A DNA stretch of 64,000 nucleotides from Podarcis cretensis. Its lineage: Eukaryota. The notes beneath the pieces are model-generated. The model did no database searches. It saw nothing but the letters and a program-made list of their open reading frames with translations, and had not been told where the DNA came from. Position 1 is the stretch's first letter, and every line of letters begins with the position of its first letter. A program made the position numbers and the translations under genes. The DNA is taken from the NCBI GenBank assembly GCA_951804945.1, contig OX638153.1, forward strand, positions 38,440,001 to 38,504,000, written 5' to 3'. This document shows, piece after piece, positions 1 through 13,703 of the stretch.

Positions 1-1704
1 GCACAGGTCCACCATGACTCTGACCTATGGTGTCATCTCAAATGAATTGAAATAGCATCTGTTTGAAAAGAGTGTCAAGCTTTGTCCAAATTCCAGGAAA
101 GAGGTCGCCAGCAAGATGCTACTTTGATATGGAAAGTGATTGAGCTCCATGGTGTATGTGTGTAGATGCTTAAGAGACAAAAATAAATGAATACATTTAA
201 CATGCTTGTTACAATCGCAATACATTTTACAGGATTGTGATATTTCATTGTCATTTGACTACTGAATTTCTAGTTCAGTCAATCCTTGTTGTTATTTCCC
301 CCCAAAATGTCCTGAAACACCCTAAAATGGATTGCTTTGGCCCGGCCACACAGTGATGGTAGATTTCGCAAATGCTGCCCATTTGATAGTGCGGACTGCT
401 CACCCACATGAATAATCACATCTTATCTGCTGAGTAAGTGTCATGAGGATGTGCCTTAAATAATTTCCCAAGAATCTAAGATGATACAAGAATGGAAAGA
501 GAACTGATTGTAGAAAATCAAAACCCTGACTGTTGCAGATTTCACATCCTAAAAATGCATAGGAACACTACAGATTCTGAGACAATGCAGAAGGCACATA
601 AATTTTAAAGCTCCATAACAGATTACATACCCAGTAATTGTAGATACTTCTTATTTTCCACGTGTTTTCATACAGCTATGTCAGCAAAGAAATTGGTCTA
701 TAAGGATGAATATGAAATATTTTAGCAGCTTCCCTCGCACTTCTGGTCACCAAAATGTAAGAAATTAAAATCACTGATGTTTTGCCAGCTTTTATGTCAC
801 CCATATATATACTGCCTGTGATGGTCACACTTCACTCTGCCCCATGGTAGGATTGATCCTGCAGTGCAGTCAGCATGACTGACTAACAGTTTCTTCCACA
901 GGGGTTCCTTGATAGCAAAATCATTTTATTGTGAATTGTGACAGCTGACAGCACTTCCAAAATTCAGTGTGCCCAGTATTCCAAAAAAGTTGGCAACCCC
1001 TATCATAGGTAATGAGTGTTTTCATACTAAAGTGCAAACTAATAAGTGATGTCCGTTCTATAACCTGTGATTCTGTGTAATTTGTCATTGGATTTTACCT
1101 CTCAAATTGTAGATCAGTCACTAACACCAGATCCAGTCTTGGCCTTGCTTTTGAGAGAAAGCAATACAAATCCCAGATTGGGAATATGGTGGCAAGAATG
1201 TCAATAGCTAATCACTGGAAATCTTGCTCACCTTCCTCAGTTGATTACTGGGTTGGTAGAGCCTGGGATATAGGTATCTCTGAGCAACTCACGTATCAAA
1301 ACTAACTACAGGGGAATCTAAATCAGATCACTTTGATGCAACTTGGTCTAAATTTTTGATTTATGTCAATACAAGAGACAGAACATGGTCCAATTAAGAT
1401 TGTGGAGAGGATATGTTTCAGAACATTAGGATATAAAGTGATCCATCAGTGTCTTGGATTGTGATGATAAAATATGCACCACATAATTTAATGTAGGGTA
1501 TGGCCTTCCCTTTTCTTCCCCTCCTTCTTATCCATTCTAATTTTCCTCCCCACCTTTTTTATCAGTATGTTTTATGTTGTTTGTATATTGTCTTTATTTT
1601 AATATTTTAATTTTTTATTTTAAAACAAAGGTATATATGCTTGTGTGTGTCTATAGATACAAACTGGAGCCACAGGGCTGAGGAAGAGCTATTTGACAGT
1701 GAAA

Positions 1705-1848
1705 TGGGCTCCCTTGCAAGGTGGACTCTCCTCCATTGGAGATTTTTAAACACAGGGAGGGCTGGCCATCTGTCAGGGATTATTTAGCTGTGATTCCTGC
1801 ACTGCAGTGGGTTGAACTAGGTGACCCTTGGGAATCCTATGATTCTCT
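1705..1848 (+). mobile_element. CR1 LINE 3' end fragment
   Basis: GGACTCTCCTCCATTGGAGATTTTTAAAC...GATTCCTGCACTGCAGTGGGTTGAACTAGGTGACCCTTGGG...CTATGATTCT, the typical CR1 3' UTR ending in an ATTCTATG-like tail. Confidence 0.7.
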
Positions 1849-2339
1849 ATATAAAGCCCGCCTCAACACCATTTTTATTATTCACATGGCTGCTGTTTGT
1901 TCTGCATGTGGGAGGAAAGAGAGAGAGATTCTTGCAAATACTGGTAGAAAAGCAGCCTTGCTTTGCACAAGGTTTCCTCTGCTCTTTTACTTTTCTCGTT
2001 TGCATTTGTTCCCAGCTTTGATCCCTCCCCTCTTTTCCCTGCTACAGCTTAAGCCGATCCATGTAGAAATCCAGATATGCTTACAAGGCAAAATGTGTGT
2101 GCAGAAACTGTGAGGCACACAGATCAAAAGGTAGGAGAGGTGGTGTCTTTTCCACCCCCTTTTTCTGCTGTGTATGCCAAGTATGCTGTACATTCTCTTT
2201 CTCTGCTTAGCTCAATGAAAACATTGGGGATATATTACATTGCTCTGAGCCCTCCAGGGCAGTGTGGCCTGTTTCTCTTATTTAGATAGATACAGATATC
2301 TGAGAGGTCATTGTTTTGCATGTATACTAAATATATATA

Positions 2340-2554
2340 CAGTGGTACCTTGGGTTACATACGCTTCAGGTTACAGACTCTGCTAACCCAGAAATAGTAC
2401 CTCGGGTTAAGAACTTTGCTTCAGGATGAGAACAGAAATCGTGCGGCAGCAGCAGGAGGCCCCATTAACTAAAGTGGTGCTTCAGGTTAAGAACAGTTTC
2501 AGGTTAAGAACGGACCTCCGGAACGAATTAAGTACTTAACCCGAGGTACCACTG
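2340..2554. mobile_element. Tc1/mariner (Tigger-like) MITE
   Basis: TIRs CAGTGGTACCTTGGGTTA / TAACCCGAGGTACCACTG flanked by TA; near-identical copy in opposite orientation at 32278-32503. Confidence 0.9.
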
Positions 2555-2934
2555 TATATATATTATCCTTACATTGCCGAGAAGAAGAGGCCTGAGTTCT
2601 GCCTGCTTTGGTTTGCGAAAGGGCAAGTCCATGTATAAGTCCTCAAGAATAGATTACTGTGATGCGCTCTCACAGTCCAAATACAAACCACAGAAAGAGA
2701 AAGTTTATTTCACTGATTTTATTTCTTCCTTTCCAAGGTCTTGTCATAAAGTGGGATGCCAGCTTCCTTTAAAAAAGGTATAAAAAGGTGGAACCTTCCT
2801 AAGTGCTTCACAGCTGTTCCCTTGTATGTATTATGTATTTTATTTACCTCCCACCTTTCCTCGGAGGAGCGCAAGTGATGCCTGAAAGAGAAAAACAGGC
2901 ACTTTTTGTTGGGGGGTGGGTGGGGATGGTGCAT

Positions 2935-3245
2935 TTCCACCCGCATCATCCAGCCCGGACACTGAGGTCCAGCGGAGAGGGCCTTCTGGCAGTTCCCTCC
3001 CTGCAAGAAGTGAGGTTACAGGGAACCAGGCAGAGGGCCTTCTTGGTAGTGGCGCCCGCCCTGTGGAACGCCCTCCCATCAGATGTCAAGGAAATAAACA
3101 ACTACCTGACTTTTAGAAGACATCTGAAGGCAGCCCTGTTTTTAGTGTTTGACCTTTTATTATGTTTTTATGTGTGCTGGAAGCCGCCCAGATTGTCTGG
3201 GGAAACCTAGTCAGATGGACGGGATATAAATAACAACTTTATTCC
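2935..3245 (+). mobile_element. L2-clade LINE 3' end
   Basis: Encodes the ORF2 C-terminus (RTLRSSGEGLLAVP...RAFLVVAPALWNALP...TFRRHLKAALF); 3' tail GAAGCCGCCCAGA...CAGATGGACGGGATATAAATAA is shared with the element ending at about 54240. Confidence 0.85.
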
Positions 3246-3612
3246 TATTCTTTATTTTCATGCCAGGGAAAGGTCCAGTATGGTTGTAGTGAGAAATCAG
3301 TGGGCCCATCAGGAGTTTCGGTTTCCTTCAAAAGCAGCTCTCTGTATTTTGTGCGCAAGGGAGCTAGAGCTGTAGCCTCGGCGTTGCTTTTTCTGCGGCT
3401 TAGCTGGCCAAATAGCTGGCATTAAATTATGAGCTCGTAGGGAAAGGTTTTGACAGGTGCTGCAGGGCTTGTTTGGCTAGCTAGAGCATTTTGAATCAAC
3501 ATCTGACTTCTGAACTTTGGGGGCTGATTTTTTCCACCCTGCGACTTTGTGCCACTTAGCACAACCTCAGCAGAAATGGTTCCCTGCTGCCTGTGGCCAA
3601 GTGCATCTTAGG

Positions 3613-3863
3613 CATGGGTAGGCAGACAAAGGCCCGGGGGCCGGATCTGACCCAATCGCCTTCTCAATCTGGCTCGCAGACGGTCCGGGAATCAGCATGT
3701 TTTTACATGAGTAGAATGTGTGCTTTTATTTAAAATGCATCTCTGGGTAATTTGTGGGGCATAGGAATTCGTTCATTTTTGTCTTTCAAAATATAGTCCA
3801 GCCCCCCACAAGGTCTGAGGGACAGTGGACCAGCTTCCTGCTGAAAAAGTTTGCTGACCCCTG
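3613..3863. mobile_element. hAT-type MITE
   Basis: Ends CATGGGTAGGCA...TTTGCTGACCCCTG; 8-bp TSD (A/G)TCTTAGG at 3605-3612 and 3864-3871; same family as 18421-18676 (inverted). Confidence 0.85.
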
Positions 3864-5264
3864 GTCTTAGGAGTGCGTGTCACAAGCAGGGGCCACAAGG
3901 TGGGTTTGGGGATGTGGATTAAGTGGGAGGCACTGGAGCGATGGGGTGGGTGTTGTTTATGGGTGTTTGTGAGCTGTGAGAGTAGCATGGGATGTGTAGT
4001 GGGTGCTGTATTATTTGTGTAGAGATATTTGGGTATACTGTGTCTATGGTACTGGGGTGACTGTTGTATACTGGGAGTCAGGATGTGCTTTGGCAAAAGT
4101 ATTGCATTGTATAGTTTATTACATATGTTATTTCTGTAAACTGCTCAGAGACATTAAGTAATACTAAGTGACATATAAATATATGAAATTCTAGAGGCTG
4201 CCCCCCCCCCCCGCTCGCTCCACTCACCAACCCCAACTACTTGCCAACCCCCTTCCTCCATAACTGTTCCTTCTCTCTTTATACCTCAGTGAGTGTTTAT
4301 CATGCTTTTAAGCATTTTATTGGTTGGTATTGATTTTATAGAAGTCACTTTGGGAGCCCTGTTAGCTGAAGACCAGGATACAAATGTCCAAAATAAAAAA
4401 AAGAGGATCTGTGTGTTATTTTTAATACTGCAAATGGCATACAAATCATAAAAGTACAGTGACAAAATAACAGGACAACAGTGTGCACAGCAATGCGCTC
4501 ATGCCGTTTTCACTAATATTCATTTTTACAGACATTTCCCCCAAATATATGCATTTGTACATATTTTCTGGTTGGAGAACTGCATTGCAAAATCAGGAGA
4601 AGGGTGAATTTTGGAAACTAGGTAGGTTTGCATCAAAAGGCGAACTGAACCAAATTTCTTCGTGTTGCTGGAACACGCCACATGATTTCTGTGTTCTGTA
4701 TGGTAATAAACGCAATATCGCAATATCAATACTGGATTCAGGAACTTCTTTCTGAACTGCAATATTTCATCAGACATCCCTTTATGGAGGCCCTTGAATC
4801 TAAACTATTGATTGTGCAATTAAAGCTCCAAATCCTCACCTTTGTGCTTCTGCTGCAGGGGTATCACGTTTCCTAAGTGCTCAGAGCACAATGTTTATGC
4901 CTGATAAAACATAATACCTCCTCTCTTAAGGACTCAATAGCACCAAGCGATTGTTAGACCGGAATGTGGCTGGACAGGAGAAATGAGCACATCAGCTTTT
5001 TGCTTTTTTTTTGGTGGGCAACAGAATTCATGTTCCCAGACCTAAACATTCTGTGAATGTCTCCTGTTTTCCCCATGTTAGTTCATTTGATGCAGTACAC
5101 AGCTGGAGTGTTAAGAGGCAGCTCTGAACATTACAATTACTTGGTGCGTTTAACACCAGTATTTTCCCCACAGACAATAAAAATACTTAACCTAAGACAT
5201 TCACCTTGAAATCCATCTTAACCCAGCAAAAAAGATGTGGTGTAGGTTATGTTTTTTTAAGTTG

Positions 5265-5395
5265 CTCTAGGTTTTTAAGCTAACGTTGGATGGCCACCAG
5301 TCATGTATGGTTTAGTTGAGGTTCCTTCACAGCAGGGGGTTGGCCTCGGTCACCCTTGGGATCCCTCCCAACTCTACATATTTATGATTCTATGA
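5265..5395 (+). mobile_element. CR1 LINE 3' end fragment
   Basis: AGGTTTTTAAGC...CAGCAGGGGGTTGGCC...CCCTTGGGATCCCTCCCAACTCTAC...ATGATTCTATGA. Confidence 0.7.
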
Positions 5396-5664
5396 CTAGG
5401 GGTTAGTCTGGTTGTGCTCTCAGGATTCCCCTCCATTCCTGTGATCTTGTAGCTGCTGCAAGAGTGGATTCTGCAGAAAAAGAGTCCGTGAAAAGTGGTC
5501 GAACCAGTCTGTCTGTGACGTTAATAGCTATAGCCAAGTCTGTGAAGTATCAGATGTTGTTATGTTATGCTTGGGCTAAACTGTTCCACAGAAAATAGCT
5601 GGAAATCTTTCTAGGAGGTGAGCTTAGGCAGGAAGGTATTCTTCCCTCTCTCACCTGGCTGGAG

Positions 5665-5683
5665 GTGTGTGTGTGTGTGTGTG
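5665..5683. repeat. (TG)n microsatellite
   Basis: Visible GT dinucleotide run. Confidence 0.9.
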
Positions 5684-6599
5684 CATGCTAAACAAAACCA
5701 TATCACAGAAACACTACAATCACTACCAACCTTCATACTATAGAAACTAAACCCAAGGCACTTGCAAGCTCCCATAAAAAAAATCACTGCTCAGAGACTG
5801 GAGGTGTGCTTGAAAATGTATTGACTCTGTCTAAAATTGATCAGAAATGTAACACCAATTGGCATCTGCTAGAAGGATAGATATTTTTAATTGGCTGGAT
5901 ATGTAATTTTTCCTAAATATGAATTTAATTATTATAGGTGTGTTTTTCTCTCTGCTGTTTTAAGCTGCTTTCAACAGATGTTGGGAAGACAGCATTTAAT
6001 TTTTGTTTAAAAAATGTAAATAAGTCAACTGAAGCAAAAGTATACTATGTGAGGGTACAAATATATAGGCTCAGCTCCATAAAGGATTTCACAGCCCAAT
6101 GGCTTCTGCAAATGACTAGGAGATGTCTGGTTTTCCATCGGGTTGCAGCCCTTGAGGTTTATGGCAAGCCATGCTGCGGAGAGACCCTCCTGCAACCTTA
6201 GTAGTGTGAATGGAACCACTAGGCCTGGTAGGGCTGCTAGGAGGTCCCATGGGCATGGCCAAATTGTTCGGTTCTCTCCCCATCCTCCTTCCTTGCAAAG
6301 CTAGTGTGGACACTCAAGTGCTAACAACTTGAAAAGTTGCCACGCTTAACTAAACTGCCAAGGCAACTTTAGGTTCAGTTTGGTCTTCCTTTTGGTCCCT
6401 GCTGTCATAGGTGTTTCTTGGGGCAGGAGAAGACAATAGAACAAAATTCCAAGAACTATAAGAAGAACAAATCCTATGCCGCTCCATTAAAAAGATGATC
6501 ACCACATAGCTGGCCAGAAATCACACTTCAGTGCAATCTAAATTAATGACTGGAGCAAACAGAGACGCCTTAAGTCTGGTGCCTGCAAGCTGATGATGA

Positions 6600-7030
6600 T
6601 GGTGATTAACATTCATACACTGCCTGTCATCCGAAGATCACAGGGCGGTTTTCAGCATTAAAATACAAAATGGAAAAACACAAAATGCGTATCATAATAA
6701 GAACAGCCCCCAAAAAACCTCCTCCCACAAACACATTTAAAAGGCCATAGATTATTTAGCAGCCAAGGGTCTGGTTATAGAATAATGATGGCATCACACA
6801 TGCTTCCCAGGGGGAGAGCATTCCACAAATGGGGAGCCATTCCTGAAAGAGCAGGTTCTCAGGTTGCCACTCACCTCACTTCCCTCGCAGGAGGCTCACG
6901 GAGAAGAGACTCTGATGATGGTCATGTGGGGACAGGCAATCCTTGAGGTACTGGGGTCCTGAGGTGCAGAAGGCTTTAAAGCTCAAAAACAGTACTTTGA
7001 CATGAGTTTGGAAATGGAGTGCCAATGCAG
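6600..7030 (-). mobile_element. Old L2-like LINE 3' fragment
   Basis: Reverse complement resembles an L2 ORF2 C-terminus and 3' UTR (GGGGAGAGCATTCCACAAATGGGGAGCCA = reverse of a 'APHLWNALP'-like segment); degraded. Confidence 0.6.
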
Positions 7031-8169
7031 TCAAGCCAATGCAGACTTGGCACAATGGACTCTGGAAATCCCCTTGAGATTCAGCTGGTCATCCATTATT
7101 GGGGTTTGGGCTCAAGGTACTCGTGCTTTGATCCTTTGGGATACTGGCAAACCAGTAAATAAAGGTAAAACAGCCGGTTAGCAGTTTAATCTTGGTAATA
7201 GACACAGAAGATCATACAAAGCTCTTAACAACTTGGGTCCAGGATGCTGTAAGGACCACTTTAGCCCTTATGTCCTGGCTTGACCACTGAGTCATGTTAC
7301 AGAGGTCTGGCTGGCCTCCATTGAGAGTTGCACATTTTGTGTCAGAAGCCCTGAGCTCTTCCAGCAAAGTTTCAGTATGTTAAATTTCAGCCATCTCCTT
7401 AGACCTTTTTATGTAGACAGGCCTATGCAACCTTTTTGATCAGTCATTTTAATCATTTTATGTTTTTATGATGGTTTTATACCACCATGTTCTATTGTCT
7501 AAATTGGCAACATATACTCTATAAATAAAAATTCAAAGTGTTTATTGAATAGGAGCGAGGGCAACACATGAAATCTATTTAGGAACCACTATCCTCCAGT
7601 AAGCCTTTAATTGAATTGCTGTTGGTCTAACTGCATTCAGTTCAGGTTTCGATGCAGCAGGGAGGAGACTACTCATAAAATTCTGTTTTTTTACTACTGG
7701 CTTCCATGCTGTTGTGCTGTCTAAATGATTATTGCTTTGCAATAAAGCTGCCTCCACAGTCTGCAGGCAGTATTTTCATAATATAGCCAGGATAAATGCT
7801 CATAACCACGCTCAATTATTTACAGAAGAGCTTAATTAAAACAAGTGTAGATTTAAATAAAGCAGCAAGCAAAGTTCAATGATGTGTAAGAGAGATGTTG
7901 CAGTGTTAATGCTTTCCTCTCACCATAAATGTAATTTGGTTGTCCGGGTGTAATGTGAACAAGATGCCCTGGTCATTCCAGACACAGAACTTGAATTTAA
8001 CCCATAAGGTCTCACTCCCAATGTCTATTTTATACAACCCACTTTTAAAGCTATCGTCTGTCCGCTTAACCCTCTTACATCATTTGTTTTGACATCAATC
8101 TGCCTTTGAGTTAAATTGGAGCACCTTTTAAACTCCCAGATAGCAATAAAGATACAATTTATTTCAGCG

Positions 8170-11100
8170 TGACTCTGTGTTTAACATAATAAATTTATTG
8201 GAAATCACAGTCGGAAAACACTGCTAAACACACGTTACTAGGTACACTGGCCTCCACAGTGTTGTTGACATGATTATTTTTTAACAAAACTGCTACTGAG
8301 ATTCATTAGAGCAGTTTTGTGTTGAGCAACTGTGAGTCTCAAGCACTTTAGGGTTGAGTATTTATTTATTTAGAGACAAACCAACCAGCTGGGAAAAGAT
8401 ACAACCTTCCAATGAGGCATCCTTCATTAGAAATCTCTGGAGGAGAAAACCAAAGAGAAAACCAAAAATGCCTAGGTAAAATATGGAAGGTGTTTAATAA
8501 ACCCCAGTGGATTAATAAGAAATAATACAAATAAAACATGAGTGCTAACAAGTTTGATCTTTGAGAGTATTAACTCCTGTGTCAAGATAAAGACAACTTG
8601 GAGAAGAATGAGCCTCCTAAGGTTAAGCTTAGCCTGCGATCCAATGGATGCCTGCAATGTTTTATAATGTTGGGGTTTTTTTAATTAAAGAAATGAAATA
8701 CAGTTTTTTACAAAAAGAACACAATTTTGGTCAGTTGCTGGAGATAGGTAGTGCCTTTCCTATTCAATTTTAATAGGGGTAAATAGGATCCTTTCTTTTT
8801 GCAAGTTAAACAGAAATTTTCTTTTTTTTTTAAGGGTGGGGATATGAAACATCACAGTGCAACTGGCCTCAATTGTTGAGGATTTCATGGTGCATGAAAT
8901 GGTTCAGGGTTTTTTGTTTTTAAATTGAAAACAGTGACTTAAAAAGCCACCCCAACTTGGGCAGATAAATCAGTCATGTTTCTGTATTTGCCACTTTTTT
9001 CTAATGTGTATGTGGGGGGGAGGGAGAGATCACATGAGCCATCCTTACTATATAAACAAGGGTTGCTTGAATACTGAACAAACTCCTAGAACCCCATGGA
9101 TTTTACACATCTTTTGACGAGACACCTAATGCATCTGCTGGAATTTGTAAAGTTTGGGTATGAGCACTCTTAATGGTGATCTAAATGGAAGAAGACCGGG
9201 ATTAGCAAAGGCTCTGCAATTGTAATATAGAAGTTGGCACAACACAGCAATTCCTTGTGGACAAAGAGATTTTGCTGTGTACACAGAGCTGCCTTGCACG
9301 CAATAGTTTCCTGGTTTACTGCACAAATGGGCACAAGGCCAGTGCACTGGTGGATCTTCTATCTGTGCATGGGAACTTGTGCTTCTTCCTTGTGAAATCT
9401 AAGCTCCCCCTTCCCACTGCAACCCCTGAAAAGCCACTCCAGAAACTGGAGAAACCCTCTAGAATAGCCACCAACCCAGTTTTGAAGCTGCTGTAGGTAT
9501 AAGACATCAGCCAAGCATTGGTTCACTTGTGACAGTGCTTCCCTATATCATGGGGCTTTTTGAATCCTTGATTCTACTTTCCAGTGCCTAACAAATTCAA
9601 ACCCCTCTTTCCAACACCAATGTCTCAGCCACACATTGAGGCTTTCAATCTCCTACACAGCAATAGAAATATCACTTCCAGAACCACACAACTTGCATTT
9701 CCCAATGATCATTTAGCATAAAGCAATAGGTTAACTAATTTGGGGTTGGAGAAGGTGGGCTCAGACATTTTATGAAATTAAGCAAAGCAAATGGCGGCAT
9801 GGTCCAAGGATCTGCAGTGGAAAAGAGAAAGGAATTATAGATAGTACAACATAATCCTGCATAACCAAATCTGGGCAGAGTGAAGATGCTCTCGTAGAAC
9901 TGGGATAATGAACAGCAAGCTCCTTTATGGGAGCTGAAATTTGATGTCACTACTTGATGTATGCTAGTAGAAATAATCAAACTAATATATTGGTTGTTAA
10001 ATTAAGCAATGGATATAGTTCAGTGTTTAATAGTTTATTCCCCCAAACATTTAAAGGAATTAAAGCAATCTATGTTACTATATTTGACACCATACACTAA
10101 AGAATATAAAAAAACTTTATTCAATCTAATCCAGTATGTGATCGTAAATTGCACTACTAAAAACATGTCAAAAGCACAGTAACCAAGGAAATGCTTTTTG
10201 CTACTGAATTTAAAATATAATCCCACATTCTTCACAGTACATTTGTAGTGATAAAACAATAATTTCAGCAATTTTACCATAGAACAAAATTTTAGACCAA
10301 CCAATCTGTACTTTTAGGTTTTGTAAGAGATAGTTTAAAAACCAGCAGGTATCAAAGAGCTGGTATATATAAAGTAAAGATCACCTAGAAGGCTTCTTAC
10401 AACAGGAATTTCTGCAAGAAATGTTTTATAGTGCTGAAAACTCATAGAAAGCCAACATTCTGCAGGATACTGCTGAATATATAAATATATAGATATCAAA
10501 AGTCAAATTGACTTACAGTGGGGGTTTTTAGTATTTACAACAAGAAACTAAAGTATTCTGTTATGCTTTAGGTTTTTCCACATATACCAATGCTGGAATA
10601 CTAGCTGGTCATTATTACCTTTTAAAATATTACATTTTTATATTTAAAGTAAAGCTTGCTATGGAAATAATAATATTTCTTTAGCATACGTTATTACAAT
10701 CAAACAAAGACTTTTTTCCCATTTGCATCACTTCTGGTCAACAACTATTTACCAGTACTTTAAAAAGATGTGTTTATTACCTTTTCCATGCATTAGATAT
10801 TTGAATTAGAACATAATTTGAGAATTTAAGAGACACTCAATGGTTCTTTAATCCTGCCAAAGCAAATACCACTTGTAAACCCAGAATGACTGTCATTTGT
10901 TACTTCGCGATGATGTGACTTGTACAGAACCCAATATTTAAACACTGATACACTAATTTCTACTGTTAAGAAAAAGTGCATTTTAAATATCTCCCTTATC
11001 AACCTCAATCCTGCCATGTACTAGGAAATCCATCTCATTGACTGGAATGGGACTTGTGCACACATGTCTAGATTGGAACCTATGCTCCAATCCAAAGAAT

Positions 11101-12179
11101 TTACTTATAGGTGCCACCAAAATCAAGGACACTTTGAAAATAGATTTCAAAAGAGATGCAGTTAAGGTGAGTGCCAGATAAGTCTTAAAAAAATAAAAAT
11201 AGAAAATAGAAAACTGACTTCAGTAAAGCAGGATTGACTTGTGTAAGCAATAGTCTTTTAACATTCACAACTGAACATTTATACTTCCTTCTAAACACAG
11301 CTATGTGTTACCAGTGCTTATTTTTGAACCCTTGCTTCTTGATAATGACTCCACAATTTGGTTGTGCTTCCACAGCATACTGGCACTAAGCAACAGTCTA
11401 ATATTGAAACTAGTCACATATAGATTGTAATTCAGTTTTTCAGTTTTACTGGTGGCAGACAGGAGTTAATTATATATAATGCTACTTGCTTTACAATGAA
11501 AGAGCCAAAAGACAGCAATCTGTTGAATATTTTTAAAAAATAAAAAAGCAATTTGCTGGTGTTCCAAGTTATCAGACCCAGACAGGTTTTTCTATATTTA
11601 ATGAAACTTCTAACAATCTGGGCTGTTATGATGGACTATGTGAACTAGCAAGAAAATGTGTTGAGTTCTGCTATCACTAATTTGAGGCTTATTCTTTAGC
11701 TTCCTCTATGAATATGGGAACCCTTATTAACTGACATTCCAGAGTTCTACTTGGCAATAATAAACTATGCATATTTTTAGAAGTTTCTTATATTGGCCCA
11801 TTTAGCAAAGTAATGTGCATTTACTGCAATAAGCATACAAAATATAATTCAATACAGTCTGCACATAATTTATTAACTTCACAACTGTTTGGCTTCTGTT
11901 TTGAAAGAAGGCAACATTTGCCCATAGGAAAATGATTCAGATGTCTTCCGCCACAAAGTAAACACGTCAGTGAAAACAAATCACATTCTTAGGATCAACA
12001 ACTAAGGAGGATTTGCCCTGCCATAATAAGGTATTTTTTTATTCTAGGGGGTGGGGTGGGGACCACAAAAAACAGCAACATATCCTCCAGTTTCAGCTCC
12101 TTTAGCCAAATAATAGGTATTGGTACATTGCTGCTGAATATAGCAGATGAGATTGTAAAAGTCTGACATCCACAGTCAT
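8170..12179 (-). other. MARCHF5: MARCHF5 3' UTR (about 4 kb, end approximate)
   Basis: AT-rich, apparently TE-free stretch continuing from the stop codon; minus-strand AATAAA hexamers at 8194-8199 and 8158-8163, with further ones at about 10034, 10773 and 11869. Confidence 0.55.
8194..8199 (-). terminator. Candidate MARCHF5 polyadenylation signal (AATAAA)
   Basis: TTTATT on the plus strand at the distal end of the TE-free UTR block; second hexamer at 8158-8163. Confidence 0.45.
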
Positions 12180-12296
12180 TTATGCACCTTCTTGCTCAGG
12201 ATAGTTTAAAATTTTCCGATGAGCTTGTCGCAAATATTGCTGCTGTTTGAAATAGACCTTGAAAGCTCCTTTTATAGCAACAAAAGCAATTCCGCC
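12180..12296 (-). CDS. MARCHF5: MARCHF5 coding exon 6 (GGIAFVAIKGAFKVYFKQQQYLRQAHRKILNYPEQEGA*)
   Basis: TTTTAG acceptor, 117 nt, TAA stop; matches the MARCHF5 C-terminus. Confidence 0.96.
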   Translation of the reverse strand, partial: GGIAFVAIKGAFKVYFKQQQYLRQAHRKILNYPEQEGA

Positions 12297-13107
12297 CTAA
12301 AATAAAAGGGAACAATTATTCAAAACTGACAGAACACGTTTAACACCTAATATATATATTTTTAATGGTTACATACACACACAGGATTGTCAAGCCCCGT
12401 TTCCTTTGAAGTTCGGCTAATTAGAGCAATTCTGTACTAAAACCCGAAGCATACATTTCCCTGTCACAATGGGGGTAATCTAATGTTTCTATGCTGAGTT
12501 TGCACATTCTTTTGAAAGTTTTCATTCACTTAAATGGGGAGGGGAGGGTTATGGTTTGTTCTGGGGCTAAATCTCAACCTTCTCACACACACCCTGGGCC
12601 ATTTTGACAGGTGGGTGGGGCCACTGACACAAAAGAGAAGAAGAGGTCATTTAATCCTTCACAACTCATGCCCAGTCCTCCAGTCCATGGTTCACAGGAT
12701 TGTGTGAATGCAATCCTAGAGCAGGGGGGGGGGCACCTCCAGCATGTCCCAATCTGTCTCCCAAGGCTGTTTCCTAAAAAAAACAACCCACCCACCTGCT
12801 CCATCTATATGTGACATCATGTGCAGTTAAGGATGCTTTCCAAAGGAACAACCAGAAAGTATCCTTGGACCCCCAGCACCACCACTAACCCCCAGACCCT
12901 ATGCAATAGGACCTACTGAAACTCCAAAGTGCCATATCAATGCTATCTGCATATTTTAACTGATATTACGTAACAGTAAATGTAACAAAACACACCAAGC
13001 GTGTTATTTGACAGAAGTACGACAAAGGTGAAAATATGCAGAGAGAAGCCAAATCTCCTACACGTCTGCCAATCTAGTTCTATAAAGGAAACTTTACACA
13101 GTCTTAC

Positions 13108-13274
13108 CAAAATTGTTCGCTGAAGATTAGAGTTAACACTGCTGAACATCAACTTGCCAACTATTGTAGCAATAGTGGGAAAGACAAGAGCTCCACAGAG
13201 AATACGAGTAGCAGAGACGTGATCTGCCAGAGGGTTGGCCTCAGCTGGAATACGAGGAACAGGACATCCAATCC
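13108..13274 (-). CDS. MARCHF5: MARCHF5 coding exon 5 (GIGCPVPRIPAEANPLADHVSATRILCGALVFPTIATIVGKLMFSSVNSNLQRTIL)
   Basis: AG acceptor, GTAAG donor, 167 nt, phase-compatible with exons 4 and 6. Confidence 0.96.
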
Positions 13275-13703
13275 CTAAAGAAAAATGCCATTGCTAACCA
13301 AGAATTAGAGTGCACTAATCCCAGATTTGTATTACAAATTTAACCTCTCCATTCCAATTAGCTCTTTGATTTAATGGTTTTGAGTACTCCTAGCCAGAAA
13401 ACTTATGTACTGCAACACATTCTAATAAAATTATTTATGGAATTTACTTCTAGTTTCACAGATTAGAAAGTGGTGCTCACAATTACACAGTTTTTAGTCT
13501 TTATACTGCAATACCTTCTTGCAAGCTGCATTTGGGAGATGGAACTCATCTAACCAAATATTGTGCTGGACAATGTCTTTTTACTTAGCACCAAGGAGAG
13601 AAAAAGAGAAGTGCTATATTTTGGATACTAAAATCTATCTTACCATCCCTCCTCTCAGAAACAGCCAAGCCTAGATATTCTACTCAAATTTTGGTAGCAT
13701 TAC

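Noticed and set aside
1-1200. Possible 3' UTR of a convergent gene (IDE by mammalian synteny)
   Set aside because: No recognisable coding exon in the window; cannot be supported from sequence alone
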